A DNA stretch of 32,000 nucleotides. It comes from Candidatus Saccharimonadota bacterium. GTDB lineage: Bacteria; Patescibacteriota; Microgenomatia; UBA1406; GWC2-37-13. A program made the position numbers and the translations under genes. This document shows, piece by piece, positions 1-9,352 of the stretch (position 1 is its first letter; each line of letters begins with the position of its first letter). The DNA lies in the NCBI GenBank assembly GCA_001790095.1, contig MGBH01000001.1, positions 870,001 to 902,000 on the forward strand, written 5' to 3'. A model generated the notes under the pieces. That model saw only the letters and a list, made by a program, of their open reading frames with translations. It did not search any database and was not told where the DNA came from.

Positions 1-2440
1 TCTCGCCGTTTGTCATACCGGTTGCGACCGTATAATGAGCATCACTCTGATATGTTCCCAGTGTCTCAGGGTCAGCTGCAGCGTTGCTTCCAAAATACAC
101 ATAATATCCGTCAAGTCCTGTCTCTGTATCAGTCACTCCGGACCAAGAAAAATATGGATTTCGATAATTGTAACTTTGTCCAGAAGTTAAGGATGTGCCA
201 CTATTGGAAGAATAACCCGAAACGCTTAAACTTCCCGTATCAGGAGCAGTTGTATCTGAGTCATAGTTTATCGTAAAGTCAGATAAGGTCGGACTGTCGG
301 TCCCATCCCCAGTTAATACAGCTTTTATCTGAATAAAGCGTGAAGGACTTGAGGTAACCACTCCTCCTGAGATCTCTTCCCAATTACTCCATGTAGTCTG
401 ATTACTTGACGTACGTGAATAATATACTATATTTGTACCTGCCGGCTTTGTCTCTGTATAAGCGAATTCACCAAACGCGGTCGCATAAGTTAAATCATAG
501 ACCGGCGAGCTCCATGCACCTGTTGTTTGATACACGTTACCGGCAGGTGGAGTATATTTCCAGAATCCTCCATCATATCCTTGATAAGCATAGACCTTAC
601 CTTCATAATAAGTCAAACTTCCACCCCACCGTATCATGGCTGGCAGATCCGCCACACGCTCCCAGATGCTTTTGCTTATTGAATAGCGGTAAAACCTCCT
701 CCCCCAAATATCATTTTCTCCACCCACCTGTGCATAGATATAATCGCCTCCATCATAAGTCATACCTCCTCCGTAATAGGATCCAACAGGTAGTGACGGA
801 AGCTCTTCCCAACCGTTGGTAGTCTCATGATATCTCCAAAATCTGCCTCTTTGATATCCTTGCATTACGTACGTATACATACCAGCCTGTGCCATGCCTG
901 AGCCGCGATAAGTACCTTCCGGTACTAAAGCTTTTTCAATCCATGTATTTCCAACCGCATCATAACGATAAAACTGAGCTCCCCCTCCTCCACGAAGCGC
1001 CCAAATAGTATTGCTACTTGATGAAGCTATCATGTTTGAGCCGTCACCTAATGTAAGCGTAGGACTTGTCAAACCACTCGTTGTCCAATTATTTGCAGCA
1101 GGAGGATTATATCTATAAATAGCATTACCATTACTTCCCCTATTAAGATATAATGCATTATTTACGTACGCAAGAGATGTACCATAATAGCCAAGAGTTA
1201 CTCCTGCTGCAGGAAGTGTAGTCCACGTATTTGTTGCGATCGTGTATTTATAACAAGTCTGAGTATTTTGGCCACGACACATATAGATATTTCCTTCTCC
1301 ATCTGACTCTATACTCTTGCCCGTTGCCCATGCATTTGCAGGAGGCCCTGCCACTGCATTGCTGTAGGAGTTGTTTGAGGGATAATAATAAACAAACTCG
1401 CTTAGACCTATCTGCATAATGATTCTGCTGTTTTCCGAGTCATATGCCAGCGCACCATAGGATGTAGAATATGGTAAGTCCGCTTTTGACTCCCATTGAT
1501 TATTTGTTGCATTATATCTATATAGTGTTTTTGTTCCCGCCCCCCTCATAGTATAAATATCTTGACCTATCATAACTGCATTTACTGCGGTCGACAAAGA
1601 TCCATCAAGCGGAAGGTTTGCCCGCTGCAGCCATGAGGGAGAAGGAGTAGTCACATCAAGGCGGTATAATCTGTCCGGACTACCCCAGTCAGTGAGAAAA
1701 TAGAGGTATTGGCTTCCATCGTATACCAAATCACAATATGTTTGACAATATACGCTTGCTGGAGTAATCGCATCCCAACCTTTTGTGCTTATAGTATAAC
1801 GCCATAGATCATAATAACCATTGCCGCGCCATGCATATATGGTGTCATTACCCACATATTCGAGCCTTGCTCTTGCACCCATATAAGCCGGAGTATTGGT
1901 AAGATAGCTCCATGTATCAGTCGGTATGTCGTACTTCAAAAAGTAACGGGAAAGATTGGTAGTTGATGTACGGGTAGCAAATACCCATATAGTATCTGTT
2001 CCGTTGGTCGTTGCGTCAACAACCTCATAGGGCTGCAAAGGCATGTAGGATAATTCCTTCCACTCCTTCGTATCGGAGTCATATCTCATAAACTGCCCTA
2101 TTGCTCTATTTCTGAATGTGTAGAGGAACTGATTCACTTTTATCATTTTGTTGACAGGATATACGTAGTGATTGAGGCTTGCAGGACCTGTTGCATCCCA
2201 AGATCCAAGATCAAGAGATAGTTTAAGATTCCCTGAAGAAGTTGCAACATCAATTTCGTTATTTTCGAATTTTCCAGCCATCCAGTCAGACTGACTGGTG
2301 ATAGCCCGTGCAGCTCCTAAAGATGGAGTTGCGTATTTTGGCCCCCATACCAATATCCCCTGCAAAAGGACAAGCAGGACTAACTGAAGAATGATTATTC
2401 TTCGTCCGTATTTTTTAAATCGTTTTATGATTTTTTTCAT
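1..2440 (-). CDS. secreted Kelch-like beta-propeller repeat protein (C-terminus runs off the window start)
   Basis: Absent from the ORF track because it stays open to position 1. ATG at 2440-2438 gives MKKIIKRFKKYGRRIIILQLVLLVLLQGILVWG (signal/TM). The frame was checked by hand at both ends (positions 61-2 read ...LGTYQSDAHYTVATGMTNGE) with no stops seen. Repeated ~50-aa units rich in Y/W/G (e.g. YRYN..NxW, IYxxxG) are typical of Kelch/propeller blades. The start lies 2 nt after the stop of the upstream gene. Confidence 0.6.
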   Translation of the reverse strand, partial: MKKIIKRFKKYGRRIIILQLVLLVLLQGILVWGPKYATPSLGAARAITSQSDWMAGKFENNEIDVATSSGNLKLSLDLGSWDATGPASLNHYVYPVNKMIKVNQFLYTFRNRAIGQFMRYDSDTKEWKELSYMPLQPYEVVDATTNGTDTIWVFATRTSTTNLSRYFLKYDIPTDTWSYLTNTPAYMGARARLEYVGNDTIYAWRGNGYYDLWRYTISTKGWDAITPASVYCQTYCDLVYDGSQYLYFLTDWGSPDRLYRLDVTTPSPSWLQRANLPLDGSLSTAVNAVMIGQDIYTMRGAGTKTLYRYNATNNQWESKADLPYSTSYGALAYDSENSRIIMQIGLSEFVYYYPSNNSYSNAVAGPPANAWATGKSIESDGEGNIYMCRGQNTQTCYKYTIATNTWTTLPAAGVTLGYYGTSLAYVNNALYLNRGSNGNAIYRYNPPAANNWTTSGLTSPTLTLGDGSNMIASSSSNTIWALRGGGGAQFYRYDAVGNTWIEKALVPEGTYRGSGMAQAGMYTYVMQGYQRGRFWRYHETTNGWEELPSLPVGSYYGGGMTYDGGDYIYAQVGGENDIWGRRFYRYSISKSIWERVADLPAMIRWGGSLTYYEGKVYAYQGYDGGFWKYTPPAGNVYQTTGAWSSPVYDLTYATAFGEFAYTETKPAGTNIVYYSRTSSNQTTWSNWEEISGGVVTSSPSRFIQIKAVLTGDGTDSPTLSDFTINYDSDTTAPDTGSLSVSGYSSNSGTSLTSGQSYNYRNPYFSWSGVTDTETGLDGYYVYFGSNAAADPETLGTYQSDAHYTVATGMTNGE

Positions 2441-2442
2441 CT

Positions 2443-3129
2443 TTATCTACCCAATGGCAAAGGAGGAGGTAGGATAACTGCACCTCCCTGATCTCCCGGA
2501 TCTATATATTTCCCTTCTATATACATGCCTAAATTAAAATCAACCATTTCTCCACCTGGTAACCATCTGTTAAAGTTGTTTTTGAAATCTGTAAATCCAA
2601 CCGCAAGCATTCTAAAACTCATTCTGTTTTTGGTTAAAAAAGAAGCTAACTTTTTGCCCATAGTCGCATCTTGCCAGTATCCATAAATAACGGCCATTTT
2701 CTTTCCGCTCATCACCTTTTCAAACTGTTTGACCCAATCATTCATCATTACCTGTGTCTCATATGCTCTTTTATAATCTTGATAAAGGGGGATATTGACC
2801 GCTCCCTTTATGTGGCTTGCTGTATATTCCTCTTCTGAGCGATAATCAACTATTATCCAATCACTATTTTTATCATCAATTACCTTCTTCACCACAAACG
2901 GATCAATATATTGATCAGTATCACTACTCAAGAACTCTTTTTCTAGATCCAGGTGATTTTTTTTGTTTAGTTGAAAAGGATTTTTGATCGTTATTTTTTT
3001 ATTTAAAGCCAAAATAAAAACAAGAGTTATGGCAAAACTTATCAAACTAATACTTACTAAAAACAGCCCATTGCCCCTGCCCGATGACACCAATTCCTTA
3101 TTCTTTATTCTTTGTACTTTCTTTTGCAT
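2443..3129 (-). CDS. membrane-anchored rhodanese-like domain protein (catalytic Cys apparently absent)
   Basis: N-terminal TM (LFLVSISLISFAITLVFILAL). Rhodanese-like core DWIIVDYRSEEEYTASHIKGAVNIPLY. The expected active-site loop reads AVIYGYWQDATMGKK, with G where the Cys normally sits. Confidence 0.55.
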   Translation of the reverse strand: MQKKVQRIKNKELVSSGRGNGLFLVSISLISFAITLVFILALNKKITIKNPFQLNKKNHLDLEKEFLSSDTDQYIDPFVVKKVIDDKNSDWIIVDYRSEEEYTASHIKGAVNIPLYQDYKRAYETQVMMNDWVKQFEKVMSGKKMAVIYGYWQDATMGKKLASFLTKNRMSFRMLAVGFTDFKNNFNRWLPGGEMVDFNLGMYIEGKYIDPGDQGGAVILPPPLPLGR

Positions 3130-3141
3130 ATTTGATATGTA

Positions 3142-3447
3142 TTATTTAATATTCAACAATTCCCTCGTAATTTGCAACAGCTTTTCTTTTGAGATTAGCT
3201 TATCATTCAGCTTCCATCTTAACCCGTGCCCATCCTCACTCCTTCCCCAAGGAAGCACTAGATGCTCCCCGCTTATTACCTGCCGGGACAATGCAGAAAA
3301 AACGCCTCCCAAAGCCTTGCCTTCTTTACCTAACTCCTTTGATGTAGCAGTTGAGACGATGATACCATCCTCGCTTTTTGCTAATAAAAAAAGAGCTCGA
3401 AGTTGACTCGGGCTTAATCGATAAAGGCGGCTCTCGGTAGGACTCAT
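3142..3447 (-). CDS. small hypothetical protein, possibly winged-helix DNA binding
   Basis: 101-aa ORF, first gene of the 3447->1 minus-strand string. The helix-turn-helix-plus-wing pattern (SPSQLRALFLLAK...LGGVFSALSRQ...LVLPWGRSEDGHGLRWKL) was judged by eye only. Confidence 0.4.
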   Translation of the reverse strand: MSPTESRLYRLSPSQLRALFLLAKSEDGIIVSTATSKELGKEGKALGGVFSALSRQVISGEHLVLPWGRSEDGHGLRWKLNDKLISKEKLLQITRELLNIK

Positions 3448-3503
3448 TTTTATCAGTATATATACATATATATATGCATGTCAAGTACTTCATGTAAAGA
3501 ATG

Positions 3504-3521
3504 CATCTTGTGCACAAGATG
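3504..3521. promoter_or_regulatory. perfect 18-bp palindrome CATCTTGTGCACAAGATG (candidate operator)
   Basis: Exact inverted repeat 57 nt upstream of the ATG at 3447. Its core TGTGCACA recurs at 3572-3579. Confidence 0.35.
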
Positions 3522-3743
3522 TAATAGTTGTATATTGTCTACGATATCTATCGTATCTATTTGATCTATACTGTGCACATATATCTATTTTATGTACTAA
3601 GTGCATTTTATGAAGAGTCTGAAGAAAAGTGTTCTTTTGTCAATTGTTTGTTGATATGTATTGATATGACAATCCAGAAGTATGATACATTTATTTATAC
3701 AGAATCTTATCTTTGGGATGTTTTTGTAAGTGGGATGTCTTCT

Positions 3744-5024
3744 CTACAATATGAACTCTGTGTCCTTAAATTGTGAAGATTCAAAGGGTCCAATGATTGC
3801 AAAGTTTAGTTTTTTTGACATAAATATCTCACCCGCAAGAGCAATGATTTCTTTTTTTGTCACTTGGTTAATCTTTGCGATAGTTTCGGTCGGTGTTTCT
3901 ATCTTTTTTTCATGAAGCTCTTTTAAACCATAATAATGAGCTACGTTAAATGAGTCTTCAAAAGAAAGAAGAAGCCTACCCTTAAGCATCTCTTTGGAGC
4001 GTGCTATATCTGTATCCTCAATCTGTCCATCTGTGATCTTTTTATGTTCGAGTATGGTCGCCTTGACCGCTTCTTTCACTTTATTGATATCTTTTGTCAC
4101 TCCGGATTGCGTGACAATGCTTCCTATGTCTTGATACTGCTCCATACCAGTACTTATGTAATAACATAGACCCCTCTTTTCCCTAACTTCCTGAAATAGA
4201 CGGGATGAGGCACCTCCGCCCAAAACTGTCGCAAGAACTTTGAGTACCGACCGTCTCTTATCACCTATACCAAACGTAGGAAATCCAAGGCAAAAATGGG
4301 CTTGCTCCGTTTTTTTTGAGGTTACATGGATTGAGGGCTTTGTTTGATTGTAATCAAATGGAGGAAACCCAACTGTCTTATGTCCTTTCCAAGATCTAAA
4401 TTTTTCATCGATAATCTCAATATACTTTTTTGAACCACCAAGTCCTCCAGCTACGATCAAAACAGAGTTCTGCGGCTGGTACAGATTTTTCATATAGTTT
4501 ACGAACGTGTCTCTATTAAATGAAGTCACTGTCTCTTTCGTACCTGCGATATCATACCCAAGAGGATTGTTAGGATAAATGACGTTTTCAAATATCTCCC
4601 CTATCCTCCGAGACGGCATATCTTCATACATATTGATCTCCTCCACGATCACTCCTTTTTCTTTTTCAATCTCTTGATTATCAAAAAATGATCTAAGGAG
4701 TAAATCTGACAGGATATCAATCATCTTTGGAAAGTGATCAAGGGCAGCCTTTATATAATAACCTGTGTAATCTTTTGAGGTAAATGCGTTCCAGTGACCG
4801 CCCATACCCTCAATCGTCTGAGAAATGATCTCAGGATTGGGATAATTTTTACTACCTTTATAAAACATGTGTTCAAGAAAATGAGCAATCCCGTTATTTT
4901 TTGCATGCTCATATCTACTTCCTGCTCCAACTAAAAGAAGAGCAGTCAATGTGGGGAATGCCTTTGTGTCAATGAAAAGTACTTTTAAACCATTATCCAA
5001 CACGTGTATGTTTGGTTTTTGCAT
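3744..5024 (-). CDS. M16 (pitrilysin/insulinase) family zinc peptidase
   Basis: HxxEH zinc motif in GIAHFLEHMFYKGS and two-domain M16 length. Start trimmed to the ATG at 5024 (MQKPNIHVLDNGLKV...), because the longer track ORF (to 5135) overlaps the divergent gene at 5089. Confidence 0.85.
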   Translation of the reverse strand: MQKPNIHVLDNGLKVLFIDTKAFPTLTALLLVGAGSRYEHAKNNGIAHFLEHMFYKGSKNYPNPEIISQTIEGMGGHWNAFTSKDYTGYYIKAALDHFPKMIDILSDLLLRSFFDNQEIEKEKGVIVEEINMYEDMPSRRIGEIFENVIYPNNPLGYDIAGTKETVTSFNRDTFVNYMKNLYQPQNSVLIVAGGLGGSKKYIEIIDEKFRSWKGHKTVGFPPFDYNQTKPSIHVTSKKTEQAHFCLGFPTFGIGDKRRSVLKVLATVLGGGASSRLFQEVREKRGLCYYISTGMEQYQDIGSIVTQSGVTKDINKVKEAVKATILEHKKITDGQIEDTDIARSKEMLKGRLLLSFEDSFNVAHYYGLKELHEKKIETPTETIAKINQVTKKEIIALAGEIFMSKKLNFAIIGPFESSQFKDTEFIL

Positions 5025-5088
5025 ATGAAGCATTGTATATAAAAGAGAGTGCAAACACAAGTATATTCCTTCATAGTACAATAGATAT

Positions 5089-5712
5089 ATGAGATCAATC
5101 ATCATGCTTACAGGTATCATTATATTTTCATCCATAATAGGAGCATTACTTATCTATATTCCATATAGCAAGACTCATGATCAGTTAATCCAACAAAACA
5201 GACTCTTACAGCAAGAAAAGAAGTCTCTCCAGGGAAAGCTTGACGATGAACGGCAAAAAAGAGCAGAGATGATCAAGGAAACCAAACAAAACGATGAAGA
5301 AACTCCTCAAACAGGAGGTGTGTTTTATAGCTTTACCAAGACCCCCCTTTCAAAAACAGAAACTCAGATTGATGTCTTTTTGAAGGGTGAAAAAGACATG
5401 ATGATAGACGCAACTGATCTTGTATTAAGTCACACCCCCACCATTGTTATAAAAGAAATAAAAAAGGGAACAGCCTTTCCATCATATCCTAGATCTATGG
5501 ATTTAGACGGCCGTATTACTATAACTGGCATCGCCATTCCTCAAGGAAATAGTTTTATGTATGGCAAAACAAATGAGCTTTTTGTAAGTTTGATCGTTGA
5601 GAAGATAAGCGGTGATGGCGTGATCACTCTTATAGAAAAAGATACACAAGCGTATATAAATGGTGCTCCCATATTGGACTTTACCCGTAGTTTCAAGCAA
5701 ATTAGCTTATGA
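5089..5712 (+). CDS. membrane-anchored coiled-coil protein with cohesin-like beta domain
   Basis: N-terminal TM, then a Q/K/E-rich coiled coil (QQNRLLQQEKKSLQGKLDDERQKRAEM). The C-terminal beta-rich segment (IDATDLVLSHTPTIVIKEIKKG...ITITGIAIP...LFVSLIVEKISGDGVITL) resembles cohesin modules. Stop overlaps the next ATG (ATGA at 5709-5712). Confidence 0.45.
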   Translation: MRSIIMLTGIIIFSSIIGALLIYIPYSKTHDQLIQQNRLLQQEKKSLQGKLDDERQKRAEMIKETKQNDEETPQTGGVFYSFTKTPLSKTETQIDVFLKGEKDMMIDATDLVLSHTPTIVIKEIKKGTAFPSYPRSMDLDGRITITGIAIPQGNSFMYGKTNELFVSLIVEKISGDGVITLIEKDTQAYINGAPILDFTRSFKQISL

Positions 5713-7175
5713 GTGATAATCGCACTATTACTTTTGCATTTTATCTTGTCTTTGGGCTTTTTATATTGCTTCTTCTCATCGTTTACTTTGTATCACTCCC
5801 TTTGAAAAGCCGCGCCTCCGCAGGCACCATAACTATAAAGATCCAAGCGCAGGGAAATCATAAGGATAACGATCAATTAGGTGCACAAATAGATTTTTAT
5901 AATGGCCCAGACAAAGTATATGAAGAACCAAACGCAACTTTTACTTATCTAAATAATACATACACAACAGACATTGTCCTGCCGTCTGATTTTAACTACC
6001 AAGACCGATATGCGCTGTTTATCAAACCTGAGAAACATCAGGGACGGATATTTTGCACTACCCAAGTCACTGGCTCCATATGTACTGTTCCGCAGTTTAT
6101 CTTTTTTGCCAATGGCAACAGCATCGACCTTTCTCCTTTTCTTTTTTATGCAGGAGATGTTCTACCTGCAAATGGAAAAATCGATGCGCTTGATATGTCA
6201 CTTATCATGAAAGATTTAGGAAAGACAGCTCTCGAAGCACAGTCAACAGACCTAAATAATGATCAGATCGTTGATGTTGTAGATTATTCACTCGCTCTTT
6301 ATTCTTTATCTCACAATATATCAGATGATCAAATTAAGCTTATCGCTCCCCCGCCCATAACATCGTCAATTCAGCCCATCACACCAACCGATACTGCATC
6401 TCCATCTCCTACCCTTGCTTCAACGCCTACTCCATCTCCCTCCGTTGCCCCATCTCCCATCGTAACACCTACTCTCCTCCCTTCCCCAACCCCCCTTCCA
6501 ACAGCCACACCTATCCCAAGACTAGGGAAAGACTGTGTGAACGGCACAGATAAGATCACGCAGTCAATCAACAGTGACTGGGAACTCAACGTATTACCCA
6601 TTCCTTATCGTGATACAAACAGTCAGTATAGATGTGTCCCTGCTGAACATATAGTCCTTCATTGGAGTGGGAGTTCATCCTTTCGTGGAAATGGAGCTAC
6701 CTGGGGGACTTTAAACACAAGAAATCGTATGTGTGGACTGGCAATTGATAATAAAGAGATACTGCAGATGTCCAATTTTTATGATGACAAGGTTACGTGG
6801 GAAGGATGCTCTGCACTTGATAATGCGATAAATATCGAGATAAACGGAACGCAGTTTGACCTTTGGTACAACAAGGCTTGCCAGATTGTAAATCCGACAT
6901 CAAACAATGCGCTCTCCTCCGGTGAATTAGAGAAGAAAAAGCAGGAGACTGCAACAGAGTATGGAATCTCACCTAATGTCCTTGATTGGGAAAATGAAAG
7001 ATATGTCTCAATCATGGAAGAACAGGAAGAAAGGGTGCTTAGCGCAATACAGTATCTTTTTATGTACTATGATATTCCGAAAGAAAATGTTACCGGCCAT
7101 TTTAATGTAGATTCAGGAACAGGAAAACCTGATCCCGGCCCGCGCTTTCTTGAATGCATTAAGAAAAAGCTATAA
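5709..7175 (+). CDS. cell-surface N-acetylmuramoyl-L-alanine amidase (Amidase_2/PGRP type) with dockerin-like repeats and Pro/Thr/Ser linker
   Basis: N-terminal TM. Two EF-hand/dockerin-like repeats (GDVLPANGKIDALDMSLIMKDL; DLNNDQIVDVVDYSLALYSL). PT/S linker (PITPTDTASPSPTLASTPTPSPSVAPSPIVTPTLLPSPTPLPTATP). C-terminal amidase_2 motifs: HIVLHWSG, NIEING, GHFNVDSGTGKPDPGPRF. Confidence 0.7.
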   Translation: MSDNRTITFAFYLVFGLFILLLLIVYFVSLPLKSRASAGTITIKIQAQGNHKDNDQLGAQIDFYNGPDKVYEEPNATFTYLNNTYTTDIVLPSDFNYQDRYALFIKPEKHQGRIFCTTQVTGSICTVPQFIFFANGNSIDLSPFLFYAGDVLPANGKIDALDMSLIMKDLGKTALEAQSTDLNNDQIVDVVDYSLALYSLSHNISDDQIKLIAPPPITSSIQPITPTDTASPSPTLASTPTPSPSVAPSPIVTPTLLPSPTPLPTATPIPRLGKDCVNGTDKITQSINSDWELNVLPIPYRDTNSQYRCVPAEHIVLHWSGSSSFRGNGATWGTLNTRNRMCGLAIDNKEILQMSNFYDDKVTWEGCSALDNAINIEINGTQFDLWYNKACQIVNPTSNNALSSGELEKKKQETATEYGISPNVLDWENERYVSIMEEQEERVLSAIQYLFMYYDIPKENVTGHFNVDSGTGKPDPGPRFLECIKKKL

Positions 7176-7176
7176 T

Positions 7177-8097
7177 ATGAAGATAAAAAGCATAAAAGTA
7201 TCCGGCTCCCTTATATTAGCCGCATTTGCCCTTGTTTTTACCGGTATCCTTGGAGGTGTTGCTCCCATATTTTTGAAAGTAGCTTTAAGGGAGTTTACCC
7301 CTTTTGAGATCGTATTTACCCGTTTTTTCTTTGCATTCATAATCCTTTTTCCAATACTTCTTGCAAAAAAAGGTTTTCGCGTGTATAAAAAAGACTTCGT
7401 CCGTATCTTATTTGCATCGCTTTTTTTTGCAGGAAATATATTTCTTTTTATTTTTGGCCTTCAATATACAACAAGCATATCGTCTCAGCTCTTATACCTT
7501 CTCACTCCTACTCTTGTCATCATCCTTTCTTTTTTCTTTTTAAAAACACGCGTACAGATTCATCATCTTATAAGCATAATAACTGGTCTTTTAGGCGGAG
7601 TCATACTGATTGGAAGAAATACTACATCCGTTGAACTTATAAACTCACTTGGCACAGCATATGGGAATCTCATCGTTTTGGGAGCGGTATGTTCGTGGGC
7701 AGGATATATCATGGTCACTAAAAAACTGAGCTCTCTCTATTCACCTCTCTTTCTTCTTGCCTGCAACTGTTTTGTGACTGCGGGCCTTTCCGTATTTTTC
7801 CTTTTGAGGCAGCATAACAATATCTTTTCAATATACCATGGAGCTTCTTTGCAGGCTATACTTAGTTTGATTGCGCTCATCACCCTAAACTCCATTGGCT
7901 TTTTCTTTTTGTTTCAATGGGCGATAAAAAGAGTATCTCCTTTTATGGCATCAACCACTACCTATTTCGGACCCCTCTCTGCTGCTTTTTTTGGGGTATT
8001 GCTGTTGGGTGAAAAAATTACAATTCCTCTTATAACCAGTGCCTTTTTTATCTGCATTTCTGCTTTTTTTACGTTCGTTAATAAGATTAAGACTTAG
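7177..8097 (+). CDS. EamA/DMT family transporter
   Basis: About ten hydrophobic helices with the two-EamA-repeat layout. ATG at 7177 follows the upstream stop (7173-7175); the track start at 7150 is a TTG inside the previous gene. Confidence 0.7.
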   Translation: MKIKSIKVSGSLILAAFALVFTGILGGVAPIFLKVALREFTPFEIVFTRFFFAFIILFPILLAKKGFRVYKKDFVRILFASLFFAGNIFLFIFGLQYTTSISSQLLYLLTPTLVIILSFFFLKTRVQIHHLISIITGLLGGVILIGRNTTSVELINSLGTAYGNLIVLGAVCSWAGYIMVTKKLSSLYSPLFLLACNCFVTAGLSVFFLLRQHNNIFSIYHGASLQAILSLIALITLNSIGFFFLFQWAIKRVSPFMASTTTYFGPLSAAFFGVLLLGEKITIPLITSAFFICISAFFTFVNKIKT

Positions 8098-9301
8098 TTC
8101 TCTTTTTCTCTTCTAAATATGCCTCCATCATGTCAAATAGCTTATCAATGAGCACTGGATCAGTAACTTTAATCTGGTAACGTGTACCAACCCAATCCAG
8201 AAATTCCTTTCGTTGTGCACGCATTCTCTTATAATGTGCGGTTTCTCTGAAAGTTACATGTTTATGACGATCTTTAATGTGTACAATTTTTTTTCCTTGG
8301 CCAAATAAGTCTGGAAATATGGACGATTGAAGAAATAACCGATAAACATTATGACTTAATGGATATGTTTTATGAAGCCAACCCAAAATCCAGTCTTCTA
8401 TAGAACAAAATGTGGGTGTAGTCGAATCTGTACCATCATCTTCTTTATATTCTCTAATAAGATCAAAAAAATTATCCATAGTATCAGGCTTTATCTGCAT
8501 AACGCCAATATCAAAACTTAGTGCAAGAGCTCCCAAGACTTGAAGTCTACTCTTCTCCTCTTCCGCCAAATTTAATTCATTTAAGAATTTATCTCTTTGT
8601 CTTTCTGTTTGAGCATACTGTGTGCTATAAACAATATATTTAAGTTTTTTTACGGTTGTTGGAAGATGTTTTTCATCAAAAAGAGATGGATATTTTTCAG
8701 CAAGTAATTGTATATATGATCGATATGGCGAATTTTCAGCAAATATCCTATGTTCTATCCTTCTCATAGACTCACTTTCATGGTTGGCCTTTCTTTGTAT
8801 TATGGTAGCTTTTTCCTCATCATAATAATATCGACCAATATCATGTAGCCCAAGCCCTGCAAAAAGAAGAATTATGTCTTCTTCTTGCCCATTTAACGTA
8901 TTCTCTACCGTTTCGTTTTGAAAATGGCTATTATCTAGTTCAAGGACCTGACTATCGACATGTTTTACTGACGATCCATTTATAGTGTATGAAAAGTGAT
9001 CCGCTGCATTTATTAAAACTGCTCGTCCGTCAATCGTGAGCCTCCTTATAGAAGGAGCGGCTGCCATGACAGATGTAAGTATGGGATCTATATGGCTAGT
9101 TCTATCATGGTAATGGCTTCCGAGATTAGGATGTTCTCTTTCTACAATACTATAAATAAGTCCAAGAGTATCTCGAAGGCGCTCTCTTGACTCAGTATAA
9201 GGATATAGGTAATTTAGAAGATTCTCTCCAGGGAAAAGAAGCTCATGTGCCTGGGGTAGTTCGGGAACTGAAGCTTTGCGACGTGTTGATTCTGGGGCCA
9301 T
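8087..9301 (-). CDS. HD-domain phosphohydrolase-like protein
   Basis: HD signature LLFAGLGLHDIGRYYYDE with upstream His residues (HYHDRTSH). No closer family recognised. The 3' end overlaps the convergent transporter gene by 11 nt. Confidence 0.45.
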   Translation of the reverse strand: MAPESTRRKASVPELPQAHELLFPGENLLNYLYPYTESRERLRDTLGLIYSIVEREHPNLGSHYHDRTSHIDPILTSVMAAAPSIRRLTIDGRAVLINAADHFSYTINGSSVKHVDSQVLELDNSHFQNETVENTLNGQEEDIILLFAGLGLHDIGRYYYDEEKATIIQRKANHESESMRRIEHRIFAENSPYRSYIQLLAEKYPSLFDEKHLPTTVKKLKYIVYSTQYAQTERQRDKFLNELNLAEEEKSRLQVLGALALSFDIGVMQIKPDTMDNFFDLIREYKEDDGTDSTTPTFCSIEDWILGWLHKTYPLSHNVYRLFLQSSIFPDLFGQGKKIVHIKDRHKHVTFRETAHYKRMRAQRKEFLDWVGTRYQIKVTDPVLIDKLFDMMEAYLEEKKRTKS

Positions 9302-9352
9302 TTGTATATTATAGTATAGACCTATAATATTTGCAATGACTCCTGTGGTAGT

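Noticed and set aside
10-1419. Plus-strand track ORFs 10..276, 406..822 and 1231..1419
   Set aside because: They lie antisense to a continuous minus-strand reading frame of more than 810 codons with a clear signal peptide and repeat structure. Their low-complexity, His/Leu/Arg-rich translations are typical of shadow ORFs.
3326-3776. Track ORFs 3326..3517 (-) and 3528..3776 (+) in the AT-rich spacer
   Set aside because: They give low-complexity Tyr/Ile/Cys-rich translations of an AT-rich promoter region and overlap real genes at their ends.
5025-5135. N-terminal extension of the M16 peptidase ORF; similar extensions at 10623-10706, 21300-21317, 24159-24254 and 7150-7176
   Set aside because: The extensions overlap neighbouring genes, a riboswitch or a G/C hairpin, and some start at TTG. 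Internal ATGs give N-termini that match family expectations.
6350-6530. Repetitive Pro/Thr/Ser-coding DNA, also at 17810-17950 and 25130-25290, considered as tandem repeats or a CRISPR-like array
   Set aside because: These are in-frame low-complexity linker segments of surface proteins, with no regular repeat-spacer periodicity.
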